A stretch of DNA of 33,000 bases, from positions 4,526,001 to 4,559,000 of the forward strand of contig OZ176056.1 in NCBI GenBank assembly GCA_964247055.1, written 5' to 3'. The notes beneath the pieces were generated by a model. The model did no database searches. It had not been told where the DNA came from and saw only the letters and a program-made list of their open reading frames with translations. Positions within the stretch are counted from its first letter, which is position 1; each line of letters starts with the position of its first letter. The stretch comes from Paragordius varius. Its lineage: Eukaryota; Animalia; Nematomorpha. The translations under genes were made by a program, and so were the position numbers. Of the stretch, positions 7,875-18,134 are shown one piece after another.

Positions 7875-9664
7875 TTGGTGGTGCTGTTGTCGTGGATTGT
7901 AGGTTTGATTCTGGTGTCACATCATCTGTAAGGTTAGTATGATAAAAATTAAGTTTAATCAAAATAGAATTATCTTAAAAATAAGATGAAAAATAGAGAT
8001 CAATAAAACTATAATTCACTGAATTATTATTTGTATTCCTCTGTATGAATCGTTATTGATATATACATTCCTTAACAAAATTTTGATAAATAACTCGCTA
8101 AAGTGCATCAACTCATCAATGTTGTTTCCTTAAATATTTAATAAATCAAACTAGCAATGTTTATGGTCTTAAAATAAACTTAATTAAAACTCTGACTATT
8201 TAAAATCTATAACCTGGTTGAGTAATCCCTTCTGTTTGGACAGCTAGTTTTTTATATTTATAGGTGTGAATTAGTCTTCGAAAATTATTAAATTGAAAAC
8301 AATACAATTTGTATGGGTTAATCATGTCGCGATTATATATTATAGCTGCTTAAAATTAGTTTTGTTTTTATGTTTTAAAAACGATCATTTTATTATAATA
8401 CAAGGAATATAAATCTTAATCTAAGACTGTAAAATAAGTTTTATACATATACTATTTGCACTTCAAGAGTGTCCTTAAACACTTCATGTTGGTCCTTGTA
8501 CATTTGATGGTCCTTGAACATTTTAAGTTTGTCCTTGAACACTTCAAGTTGGTCCTTTAAAGTTTTAAATATTAATTTAATCATAATTTTTGCATTTATT
8601 TTTTAATTTATTAATTTTTTATCTAATTTACTTTATTTATAATTATAGATTCAAAAATAAAAATTTTGTTCATAAACTACTTTTTTGTTTCAAAATAATT
8701 TTTTTCCATTTTACAAAATTATTAACTTTTAAATGTTTTCCATGAAAAATTGTAAAACCCGCATGTATTTTTTAATTTCGTGAATCTTATAAATATCCAA
8801 AATAATTTTGAGAAATTAAAAAAAGATAACGGTTTATCAATGATTAAAAGTTGATATTGATTTAAAATTTATGTTAAATAATTGAAATAGGTCAAAAACG
8901 ATAAAATAGATGAATGATATACGATTTGATAGGTCAAAAACTAAACAAAAAAAGGACCAACTTGAATTGTCCAAGGACAAACTTGAAATGTTCAAGGACA
9001 TTCTTGAAGTGCAAATGGTATATATATATTAAAAAATATAGACTTTGAGGTTGGACATTTTGAGCCATTGCATTTATTCCAGAAGGTCCGGCGACGCCAG
9101 CTAATTGTGATGTAGCACTTGAACTTGCCCCAATTATTACTCCTAGGTTTTTGCGTTTTGTAATTTTTTAATTTGAATATAAAATAAAATTTATAAATTA
9201 AGACAGAATAATAAAATTTTACCACCAATTGCTCCTTAATTACATAAAAAATAAAATAAGTATTCAAACAATGTAGTTGTCATAAATGATAAATTTGAAC
9301 TAAATATATACCTACTCCCCCAACTATATTTCATATTATTTAAATGTGATTGAAACCTGTCAATGGTATAACTCCAATCGGAACAATAGATTTGTCAGTG
9401 TTATCTTGAAAAAAAAAATAAATACTATTTTTAAAAAAATTTGCAAAAGGTTGATGAGAAGCTCTGAAAATTTTATACATATAAGTTTTAATGATATTGT
9501 TTCTTTGCAATTTATAAAATAAGAATCCAACAATAGTTTACCAATATATGAAATAAAAAAAATAATTTGAATGTAAATACCCGATTTTAGCCCAGATTTA
9601 ATTTTGGGAATATTGCGAAACTCTGAAGTCCCATTGTTTTTCAATATATGTTGATTTAAAATTT
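7875..9664 (-). CDS. Micro-exon gene, cluster I: phase-1 exons encoding a Gly-rich and Ser/Thr/Pro-rich linker or stalk
   Basis: Exons 9581-9664 (84), 9357-9404 (48), 9312-9323 (12), 9223-9234 (12), 9044-9142 (99), 8214-8243 (30), 8099-8128 (30, GC donor), 7875-7925 (51). Joined: xILNQHILKNNGTSEFRNIPKIKSGLKSDNTDKSIVPIGVIPLTVGGVGAIGGVIIGASSSATSQLAGVAGPSGINAMAQNVQPQTVQTEGITQPGNNIDELMHFNDVTPESNLQSTTTAPP, no stops. Confidence 0.75.
8452..9018. mobile_element. Foldback-like MITE, subfamily F (567 bp; TIRs with tandem 21-nt GTCCTTGAACACTTCAAGTTG units; TA flanks)
   Basis: TA-CTATTTGCACTTCAAGAGTGTCCTT.. at left and ..AAGGACATTCTTGAAGTGCAAATGG-TA at right. About four subrepeat units at left and three inverted units at right. 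Confidence 0.75.
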
Positions 9665-9939
9665 CTAAATGCAGAAAAATTTTAATAAATTTGATAAAAA
9701 AAATATTTTAAAAAATAATGGTGACACAGGCACACGACACATTTTTAAACGCCCTCTTATATAATTTCTAATTAATTAAAAATATTTTAAATAATTTTTA
9801 GGTTTAGGTTAAAAGATATTCGTACTAATGATAATGATATTTTCATAAAATAAATTGTTTTCATAATAAATCAATAAATTTAAATTTTAGCTTAGCTGTT
9901 TTTAGCCACATATAAGGTTATTAACTTATTTTACATTAA

Positions 9940-11333
9940 TGTGACCAGATAGGCTGTATTCAGTACAGTACTGGGTTTTTAGAAAAAAATTGCGCCTGTA
10001 CTGCGCCCTTTTTTGTACTGCTTTTTGAAATTAAAAAAATTTAATTTTTTATAAATATATATTAAGTACTTTTATTTATTCAACAAAATTATTTTAGAAT
10101 ATTGAATATAAAATCCTCTATAAAATTAACCCCACAATTTATAAAGCAATGGTTTATAAAAAACTAAGATTTGTAATTGATTAATATTATTTCTGTTCAT
10201 AAATCGTCGACTCCACCGTAAGATTCAGGCTAATAGCACTTTCAATCAGGGTTTCCTCAAAAAGAAGTGCCTCAAAATTTAAAATTAACAAAGTTTTTGA
10301 TATTTTAATATATTTTTGATTAGTTAGAAAGTTCATTTTTTGTTATAATTATCAAACGGAAAATTATATAAAAAATTGTATTCCCGTAACATATTATTTA
10401 AAATTTATTATATATGGCATATGATTTCGAAACCTATTTTTTTTTATTAAAAGATTAAGAGTTTTTTAGATTTTCGGTGAGTAGGATATTTCTAATTTAT
10501 TCCTAATATTTATTTATATTAGTTTTCTGATTTTTTGCATTAACAAATTCGAGATATTTTTTGTTGAAGCGTACTTGAACCTTTTTTGAACATGAGGGAA
10601 ACGGTATATCGCTTATATAAAAATCCTTTTTATAAATAATTCGATGATGTTGAATATTACTATGGGCTGAGAATTTTAATTATAAGTTTTGGCGAATTTT
10701 TGAAAAAAGAATACTGATTGAGAAATTAGCATTACCGAATTATATATATATTTTATATTATCTCAACCGTTATCGTTTCCATTATGTTCAAAATAGTCCG
10801 TAGTTTGCTTCAACAAAATTTGCTAAATAATAAATTTTCGAGTATGCATTTTTTAAAAAAATATAGTTGATATCAAAATTTAGCATATATTTAAAATTTT
10901 TGTACAATGTCGAAATTTTGCGTTATTTTAAGAGAACAGTCCATTTTAAAGAGCCAAAAAATTTGGAACTTTCAGAGCCAACATCTAAAAATTTAATATT
11001 TTTAAAGATATTGTACTTTTTATATGTAGTTTATGTTATATTTTAGTGATATTTTTTGAAATAAAGATTTAACACTCACCAAAAAATATATTTGAGAAAT
11101 TGCGCTCTTTTTTGCAATTTTGTACGGAGCACTTACCACCGTGTAAATAACTTTCTTTAACAACTAGTAAAAGTTAAAACCAAAAGCACCATGATAATTC
11201 TGTTATTTTCCTATCAGAATATATATATTTCATCAGGATATTTTGTGGAAGCTGTGCAATATACCACACCGATTGTGTGTATACAGGCAATTTTAATTTT
11301 GTACTGCGTTAGAGATCAAATTATCTGGTCACA
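9940..11333. mobile_element. 1.4-kb non-autonomous TIR element with TGT..ACA termini
   Basis: TGTGACCAGATA at 9940 and TATCTGGTCACA ending at 11333, with further inverted cagtaca and aaaattgc(g)cctgta motifs. Flanks TTAA and TTAT. Superfamily not determined. Confidence 0.5.
10868..11230 (+). repeat. Dispersed repeat H copy 1
   Basis: Shares ggaactttcagagccaacatctaa..aaaaccaaaagcaccatgataa..ctatcagaatatatat with 15575-15910. Confidence 0.7.
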
Positions 11334-11476
11334 TTATTTTACATCCAAAACAAGTTTTATTAATAAATAATAAGTTATTATATTAAAAAAGTAAAAATCA
11401 TCTTTACTTTAAAATTACAACTATTTCTTATACAGGCTTTTACCTTAAATTATATTAATTACATATTAGCCCACAC

Positions 11477-12076
11477 TCAAAATATTTGAGTATCTTTCTT
11501 CACCTTGAACTAAAGCAAATATTTGTATAATTTTCGAAACAAGTTGTGATAGGTTAAGGGGAGGGGGTGCAAATGACTTGGCTTATTTATTGATTTTTAT
11601 ATTTTAAAGCCAACCTCAAAATTGATTTGATATTCTATCATTATGAATCAACTAAAATTGACAACCATCTTATTTTTGGTGCTTATGGTTTTTTGGAAAT
11701 CGCAAAACCAAGTAAATTTAATTAAGATAATTTAAAGATACTTTTATAACAAGAGTTAAACTGTAATAAAAATGATGTTAAAACAAAGACATTTTTTATG
11801 AGAAATGATTATAGTTTCGAAAATTTTTATTTCCTGATTAAGGTAATATTAAAAAATTTGGACTAAAGTCTCTTTTTTTCTTCATATATTTAAGGTAAGA
11901 ACTTATATATCAGGACTTGTGAAAGCTTTGACACTCGCCTACCCATATTTTATATTTCATATAAAATTTCATTTTTGCTCAATATTTAATATTCAAAATT
12001 TCTAAAACAAAAATATGTAACAAATCTATATTTAAAACCGAATATAACTTACAGTCGATAGAACACACTTTAAAAT
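11477..12076 (-). CDS. Two tentative linking micro-exons (12053-12076, 24 nt; 11477-11509, 33 nt)
   Basis: 12053-12076 has a ttttag acceptor and gtaagt donor (xFKVCSID in phase 1; ILKCVLST in phase 0 is also open). 11477-11509 has a tttgctttag acceptor and a weak gtgtgg donor (xQGEERYSNIL). Both are phase-compatible with flanking exons but short enough to arise by chance. Confidence 0.35.
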
Positions 12077-12510
12077 CTAAAATCATAATTGTTTTAGGGA
12101 TCCATTTATAACATACGGATTTCAATTACTTTTTATAAAAAGCAAACGATTTTAAAATTTTTATCTATGGGATAATAATTTATCATCTGACTTATTTTTC
12201 ATATTCCTCTAGTAGATGACTAGAGTATTAAATATAATTTATGCTGTTCTAAAAAACAACTATTTATATAAGAAACTATAGAAAATTTAAAATGAGAAAT
12301 GCGTATAGCTCGAATTTATAAAATTTTGGGGTTTTGCTAGACATGATAAAATCATTTAACGATTATTCATAAACAATAAACGATAAAATGATATATTTTT
12401 AAAATTTTGACTTCTTTCGACCATGCATTTTCTATATCTGTAATTAAGGATGTAAAAAAGTCCGTAAACATTTGAAAGCTTTTATATTTATGTATTAAAA
12501 ATTTATTTAA

Positions 12511-13060
12511 CATTTGGATACAACACATTCATTTTAGTCCTTCGATTCAAATTGGGGTAGTTGGATACCTCAGGCATTCTTTAAAAAATATGGAAGGAAT
12601 TGAAACCATAGCAAAATTTTGTACTTATATAACATTAATAAACCGGAATATATAAAAAAATTTTTTCAAAAATACTTGATATTATTTATTTTAAGCTAAA
12701 ACCCAAAGGTGAAAATTTAAACCTGACATATGTTGAAAAATAATACAAAATAAACCACTTTTTTTATTTATATCAGTGTTAGATATGATTTAAATAAAAA
12801 ATTAGCTTTAATTATACTTTGAAAAATAAATGAACACGATATTTTGCAAAAAGTTTGCAAAATAAAAATGGCGTCCAAGTAGTTTGAGTGGAACTTTTTT
12901 TTCAAAACGAAATTTTATTAAATATTTTAGCCTATTTATATAATTTTTATTGGGATAGAGGCATAAATTAAAATTAGGGCCCTTTCTTTCAGTAGTTTTT
13001 TTAAAATTTTAAATTTTATTTGGTCTGGGGTATATAGATACCCCAAATTGAATCGAAGTG
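12511..13060 (+). mobile_element. piggyBac-like TTAA MITE family A, full-length copy 2 (550 bp)
   Basis: TTAA on both sides (12507-12510, 13061-13064). Ends are CATTTGGATAC and GAATCGAAGTG, with a subterminal GGGGTA-N6-TACC(C/T)C palindrome at each end. No coding capacity. Confidence 0.8.
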
Positions 13061-13070
13061 TTAATCATTA

Positions 13071-14746
13071 CACATGGCGCAAAAGAGAGGGTTAGTTTTT
13101 TTAACTAAACGAGATAGCTTATGACCAGCGAATTTATTTGCCGCAAAATTTGACGACTAGTTATTTAAATATTAAGAGAAATTCAAAATTGGGCAAAAAG
13201 TGAAAATATTAAGAATAATTCAAATAATGATACTTGAGATATTATGGTTTGTTATTATTTTAGGAGATTTTTTTTATAATGGCCTAAAATCATATAGTTA
13301 GGGTTTGTATAAAATCCCAGTTCAAAACATGGCCTTAAAAGACAAAAAAAATATTTTTTTAATTATTTCCTAGCTAAACTCACTATTAATATCTCAATTA
13401 ATATTTTATTGAGAAGTTATATATCAAAATAAAACTAAAAAAATGTTATTTATTTTTTCATGTTTATGTCATCTGGTTTATGAGTATATAACAAATTTAT
13501 ACTGTATATTATTTTGAATCTTGCATGCGTGGAAATTATGTAGTGTATAATTATGCAAAAAGGATTTAAAGGTAGTTTAACACTTCGATTCAAATGGGGT
13601 ATCTAAATACCCCAGACTAAATTTAAGTTAGGATTTTTCAAAAACTACCAAAGGAAACGGTCCCAATTTAAATTTATGCTTCTATCCTAAAAAAAATTAT
13701 ATAAATATGCCAAAATATGTAAATAACATATTGTTTTGAAAAAAAAGTTTCTGTCAAAATACTTCTACGCCATTTTTATTTTACAAAATTTTTGCAAAAT
13801 ATCGTTTTTGCTTAATTTTAATGGTAAAATTAAAGCTTATTTTTTTAAATTACATCTAGCATTGTAGAAATAGAAAAAGCGGTTTATTTTGTATTATTTT
13901 TTAATTTTACCATTTCATATATATCGCGTTGATGAAATTTTCACCTTTCGGTTTTGGCCTAAAATAAGTAATATCAAGTATTTTTGAATTAAAATTTTTA
14001 TATATTTCGGTTTTTTAATTTAAGTGCAAAATTTTGCCATGGTTTCGATTCCTATATTCTAGATTGAATACATGCCTGGGGTATTCAACTACCCCAACTT
14101 GATTCGAAGGATTAAAATGAATGCATTGTATCCAAGTGTTAATACCAACCAACAATCCTTACAAATCCCTGTAACAAGTTTGTATTAACTCAAACTAATA
14201 TTTTAACTGGGTTATGTACGGATATTTGGTTGATTTTTCACTATTTGCTATTTTGTATTATTTATATATTTAATAATTCCAGCTCATGTAAGAATCTAAA
14301 AAACGGTTAATTTTTTATAGTCATAACCAGATGACAAAAAATGAAAAAATAAAAAATATTTTTTAGTTTATTTTGATATAAAAGTTTTTATTACTGAATA
14401 AAATATGAATGTTAATATTATAGTGAGTTTTATATTCTATTTCATAAAATTTTTTAGTCTTTTAAGTTAGTTAAAAAACGCCATCTTTTGACCTGAAATT
14501 TATACAAACCCTATCTATATGATTTTAGTCAATTAATATATTGCGAGTATCTCTTAAAATGATAATAAACCATAATATCGCAACTTTTTTCACAATCCTT
14601 AATTTTCACCTTTTGCCCGATTTGGATTTTCTCTCAAAATTTCAAAAACTAGGTCGTAAAAAAATTTTTTACGCCAAATGAATTTGGTCATAAGCTATCT
14701 CAAGAAAAAAAATTATTTTGTTAAAAATATTTTTGCACACAGTGTG
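13071..14746. mobile_element. Second Chapaev3-like non-autonomous element with ~460-bp TIRs, interrupted by a piggyBac-like MITE
   Basis: 13071-~13533 is inverted relative to ~14278-14746 (shared gagatagcttatgacca, gggcaaaa(a/g)gtgaaaa, gtcatctggtt). Ends are CACATGGCGCAAAAA and TTTTGCACACAGTGTG, with TTA on both flanks (13068-13070, 14747-14749). The first ~20 nt resemble the 2178 element end. Confidence 0.7.
13581..14138 (-). mobile_element. piggyBac-like TTAA MITE family A, full-length copy 3 (558 bp), inverted, nested in the 13071-14746 element
   Basis: TTAA on both sides (13577-13580, 14139-14142); reverse complement of copy 2 along its length. Confidence 0.8.
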
Positions 14747-14874
14747 TTATGGTATTTATATATTTAAACTTTATTAGCCATGATTTCGCAAAGTTAATGT
14801 TTGATGAATGACTTTATGCGTGATTGCACACTAACATATTTTAATTAGATTACAGGAGCTTCTTAAATATTTAC

Positions 14875-15287
14875 ACTCCATTTGAATATTCAATGCCAAA
14901 TCTGGATCATTATATTTATATGGTAAAATCCAAGATTCAAAAACGGTTTTACGGGATTTTTCGGAATTATCTTATATGTTTTGTTCTGGTAAAAATTTAT
15001 AGCGTTTGCTTTAGCTAAGATGATTAATGCCATAATACTAAAAATAACTCTTTTCGGTTTTTTGTATTTATTTCCATTATATGGCGCTTGATTCCCAATT
15101 CCATAATGGACTCTAACTAAAAATGAATCTTTAGGGATACAAAAATTCCAAATTTTAAACACTATGTATATATTTAGTAAATGAGACGAAATCGATTAAC
15201 GATACACATAGCATTGGAAAGCGTGGTGTTTGGTACGTCGAGGAATATGGTGTGGAAGAATATTACGAAGTATATTAAAATTATATC
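14875..15287 (-). CDS. Probable upstream exons of the micro-exon gene; globular-looking segment of unknown family
   Basis: Phase-1 exon 14875-14970 (xNSEKSRKTVFESWILPYKYNDPDLALNIQME, donor gtaaat). A 68-nt intron separates it from exon 15039-15161 (xFKIWNFCIPKDSFLVRVHYGIGNQAPYNGNKYKKPKRVIF; alternative start 15116). A further exon starts at 15287 with ambiguous frame and donor (15267, 15237 or 15206). Overlaps supplied ORF 14890..15162. Confidence 0.55.
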
Positions 15288-15574
15288 CTATTTAAAAGGT
15301 AATTACAATAAAAATTAAAACCATCGATAATATATTATTAAAATTAATTGGTTTAAAACGATTTGCATAGTCAAAAATAACGCATATAAGTCATAGTGTA
15401 TCATTTGGTTGTAAAAGTTTTTACTTTTTAAAATTTTTTTAAAAATATTACATTGCCACTCAAAAATTAAACTTTTTACAAAAAATTTTTAAAGAGCAGC
15501 AAGTGCCTGAGGAACCACCTAGGACACCCTTGCTCTAAATCAAATAACCCTTTTCACGCAAAAAACTTTTTTTG

Positions 15575-15910
15575 ATGTCAAAAATCAGCATATATTTCAA
15601 ATTTTATCGCCGCGCAATCTCGTAATTTTTGCGGTTAAGAGAAATGGCCCATTTAAGAAGGGCGAAAAAAATTGGGACATTCAGAGCCCACATCTAATAA
15701 ATATTAATAAAAACATTGATTAACTTTTTATATGCAGTTTATATGTTTTAGTAGTTTTTGAAATGTAGCATTTTCACCAAAAAAAAATTATTTAAGAAAA
15801 TGTGCCTTATATGGACGACACCTAAAATGCTATAATTTTATATTTCATTCTTAAGCCTTAAAACCAAAAGCACCATGATAACCCTAATATTCTTTTCTAT
15901 CAGAATATAT
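15575..15910 (+). repeat. Dispersed repeat H copy 2
   Basis: Colinear with 10868-11230 (tgat(a/g)tcaaaa..agcatatattt, cagagcccacatctaa, aaaaccaaaagcaccatgataa). Confidence 0.7.
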
Positions 15911-17655
15911 ATATTTTATTATATTTTTTCTCTATTTTAGACGCGTGTAATCCTTTTTAAAATTTTTACTAAAGTCACAAAACTTAACACAGATTAAATA
16001 ACTATTTATATATAGGTAAAATGATCACACATAATTACCAAGATTATTAAATATCAAATTTAACTGAAGCGTAATGAAGAATTATGAATGGAACAGGAGT
16101 CGAATGTTTATTTTTTGTAAATTATAAAAATTGAACTATATAAAAAAGTTTAATCTCAAATAAGGGCGCTTTTGCAGGATTACTTCCTATCCATAAATAT
16201 TTATTTATCACTTTAGGATTCACGTGGTAAGATTTATTATTTCGTTCAATTTAATATACATATATAATTGTTTTTCTTATATGTTTAGTCTATCACGGTT
16301 AATTTAACAAGCGATTTAAGAAAATTCAAACTAGTTTTCAAATAAATTTAAATGAATAGTTGTTACTAAATAAATTTTTGTTAAATTTACTATTTTGGTT
16401 ACCGAGCAATTTCAAATTCGATTTTAAATAAAAAGTATGTATTCTTTAGCTTTTTGGACGCATGATTCAATTTTTTGTAAAGCTCAAAAAAATCCTCATC
16501 TCAATCGAAAAATAAATGTATAATAATTTTATATATCAGCTGCTCTTGACCTGGTTTCAAGCTATCTCAATTTTAATTTTATAATTAACCACAAACAGAA
16601 TAGCTTTTTAATAGTTAAGACCTATGTTTGCTGAAAAATTTAACCCAAAAAACCTTCAAAACAGCTGATAATATGCAAGTTTAAGTTCTGGGGTAATCCG
16701 AAAAAAAAATAAAAAGGTAATGTTTATGTTTTACCTTATGATTCTAGGATAAAGCCAAAATTTTTTCGATTATAATGAAAATTCTACCTATTTTCTTGCT
16801 AACAGCTAAATATATTAGATTTTAGCTACTATGAAACCAATATATTATTTACAAGAAAACTCTATATAAATGATGTGGTTGTAAGGGGTAAACTTAATTG
16901 AATTCGAGAAATAATAAAAACTATATACATTTATTCGATGTATGTTGTATTTTTAGTTGTTTTATTTAAAGTACCAATATTAAATTTATTTTATGACTTA
17001 CTTAATAATAAAGTTGAGCTATGTGTGGGTAGCTAAAACTATAAACGATATATATTAATAAAATCATAGTTTAAAATGGTTTAATAAAAATTAGAAAACG
17101 TGCTTTATTTAATACAACAATAATACTTTAAGTAATCCATTTACCAATATCCAGGTGAATTGTTAATAGATCTAAAATAAATTTTTAACCTTACATATCG
17201 CAAAATGAACCAAATATTTTTTATTTTTATACAAACGAGTTATATTAAATCTTATTTCATTAAAATTTAATGGTAATAAAAGATATAATTATGAGAGTTT
17301 ATAGTTTAATTTTTAAAAAAATAACTAAAATTTAATGTTTCGTGATACAGATATTATTTATTTGTAAATATTTGTAATTAATTTAAATTAAATATGCCAA
17401 TTGTCTTATACACATATAAATAATAAATATCAAATTAAACATACCATAATAGATTGCATAAAAACTATAAATTAAAAATATGGATATATATTAAGATTTA
17501 AATATGTTTAAAACTAGAGACACCACCATTTCCGATATTACTTTAAAAAATATCAATTTATGCATATAGGGACATTTGCTTTTTATATAAATAAATTTAC
17601 TATAGTATGCTGTAGACTAAAAATTATTTAAAGAGTATTGTACAACATCATATTA

Positions 17656-17950
17656 CAGTAAAAAATAAAATGAATATAAAGACAAAACGTAAAAACTCAA
17701 AAAGTTTATATATTTTTTTAAAAAAGGCATCCATATTTTTATAAACCTAACTATTTCAAATATAACTTATTGTTTAAGGCGAAGAATAAAGCTAATTGGA
17801 TAAATACTCAATTAAATGACATTTCAATCAAAATCAATTAGGTAATATACTCAAAAAATAAAAGGCCAAAAATATGAATTATTTTGTAAAAAATATTATA
17901 TTAATCCATTAATTTTACGTTTTGTCTTTATAAAGATTTAATTTTCACTG
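17656..17950. mobile_element. MITE family D copy 3, ~185 nt downstream of the NDRG stop
   Basis: TA-CAGTAAAAAATAAAATGAATATAAAGACAAAACGTAAAA and TTTTACGTTTTGTCTTTATA..TTCACTG-TA. Confidence 0.7.
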
Positions 17951-18134
17951 TAATAGACATAGTTTCATAAAAATTATCAGCGAAGAATTTGACATAATAT
18001 ATATACACATAACATATAAAGGAAGTTAGATAAAAATGGTGTACAAATAGTATGTATATATCTTATGACTAATTTTCTATTGTTTTTTCGCTTTGGGAAA
18101 GCAAGAAAAACAAGGATTAAAAGTTTCAAATTAT

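Noticed and set aside
8468-8560. Short regularly spaced repeats resembling a CRISPR array
   Set aside because: Units are contiguous with no unique spacers, mirror an inverted set at 8955-9010, and lie in eukaryotic DNA. They are transposon subterminal repeats.
8992-9267. Supplied - strand ORF, 91 aa
   Set aside because: Crosses predicted introns and reads the 9044-9142 exon in a different frame from the coherent low-complexity one.
12207-12225. Perfect hairpin CTCTAGT-AGATG-ACTAGAG
   Set aside because: Isolated 7-bp stem with no associated element or context; compatible with chance.
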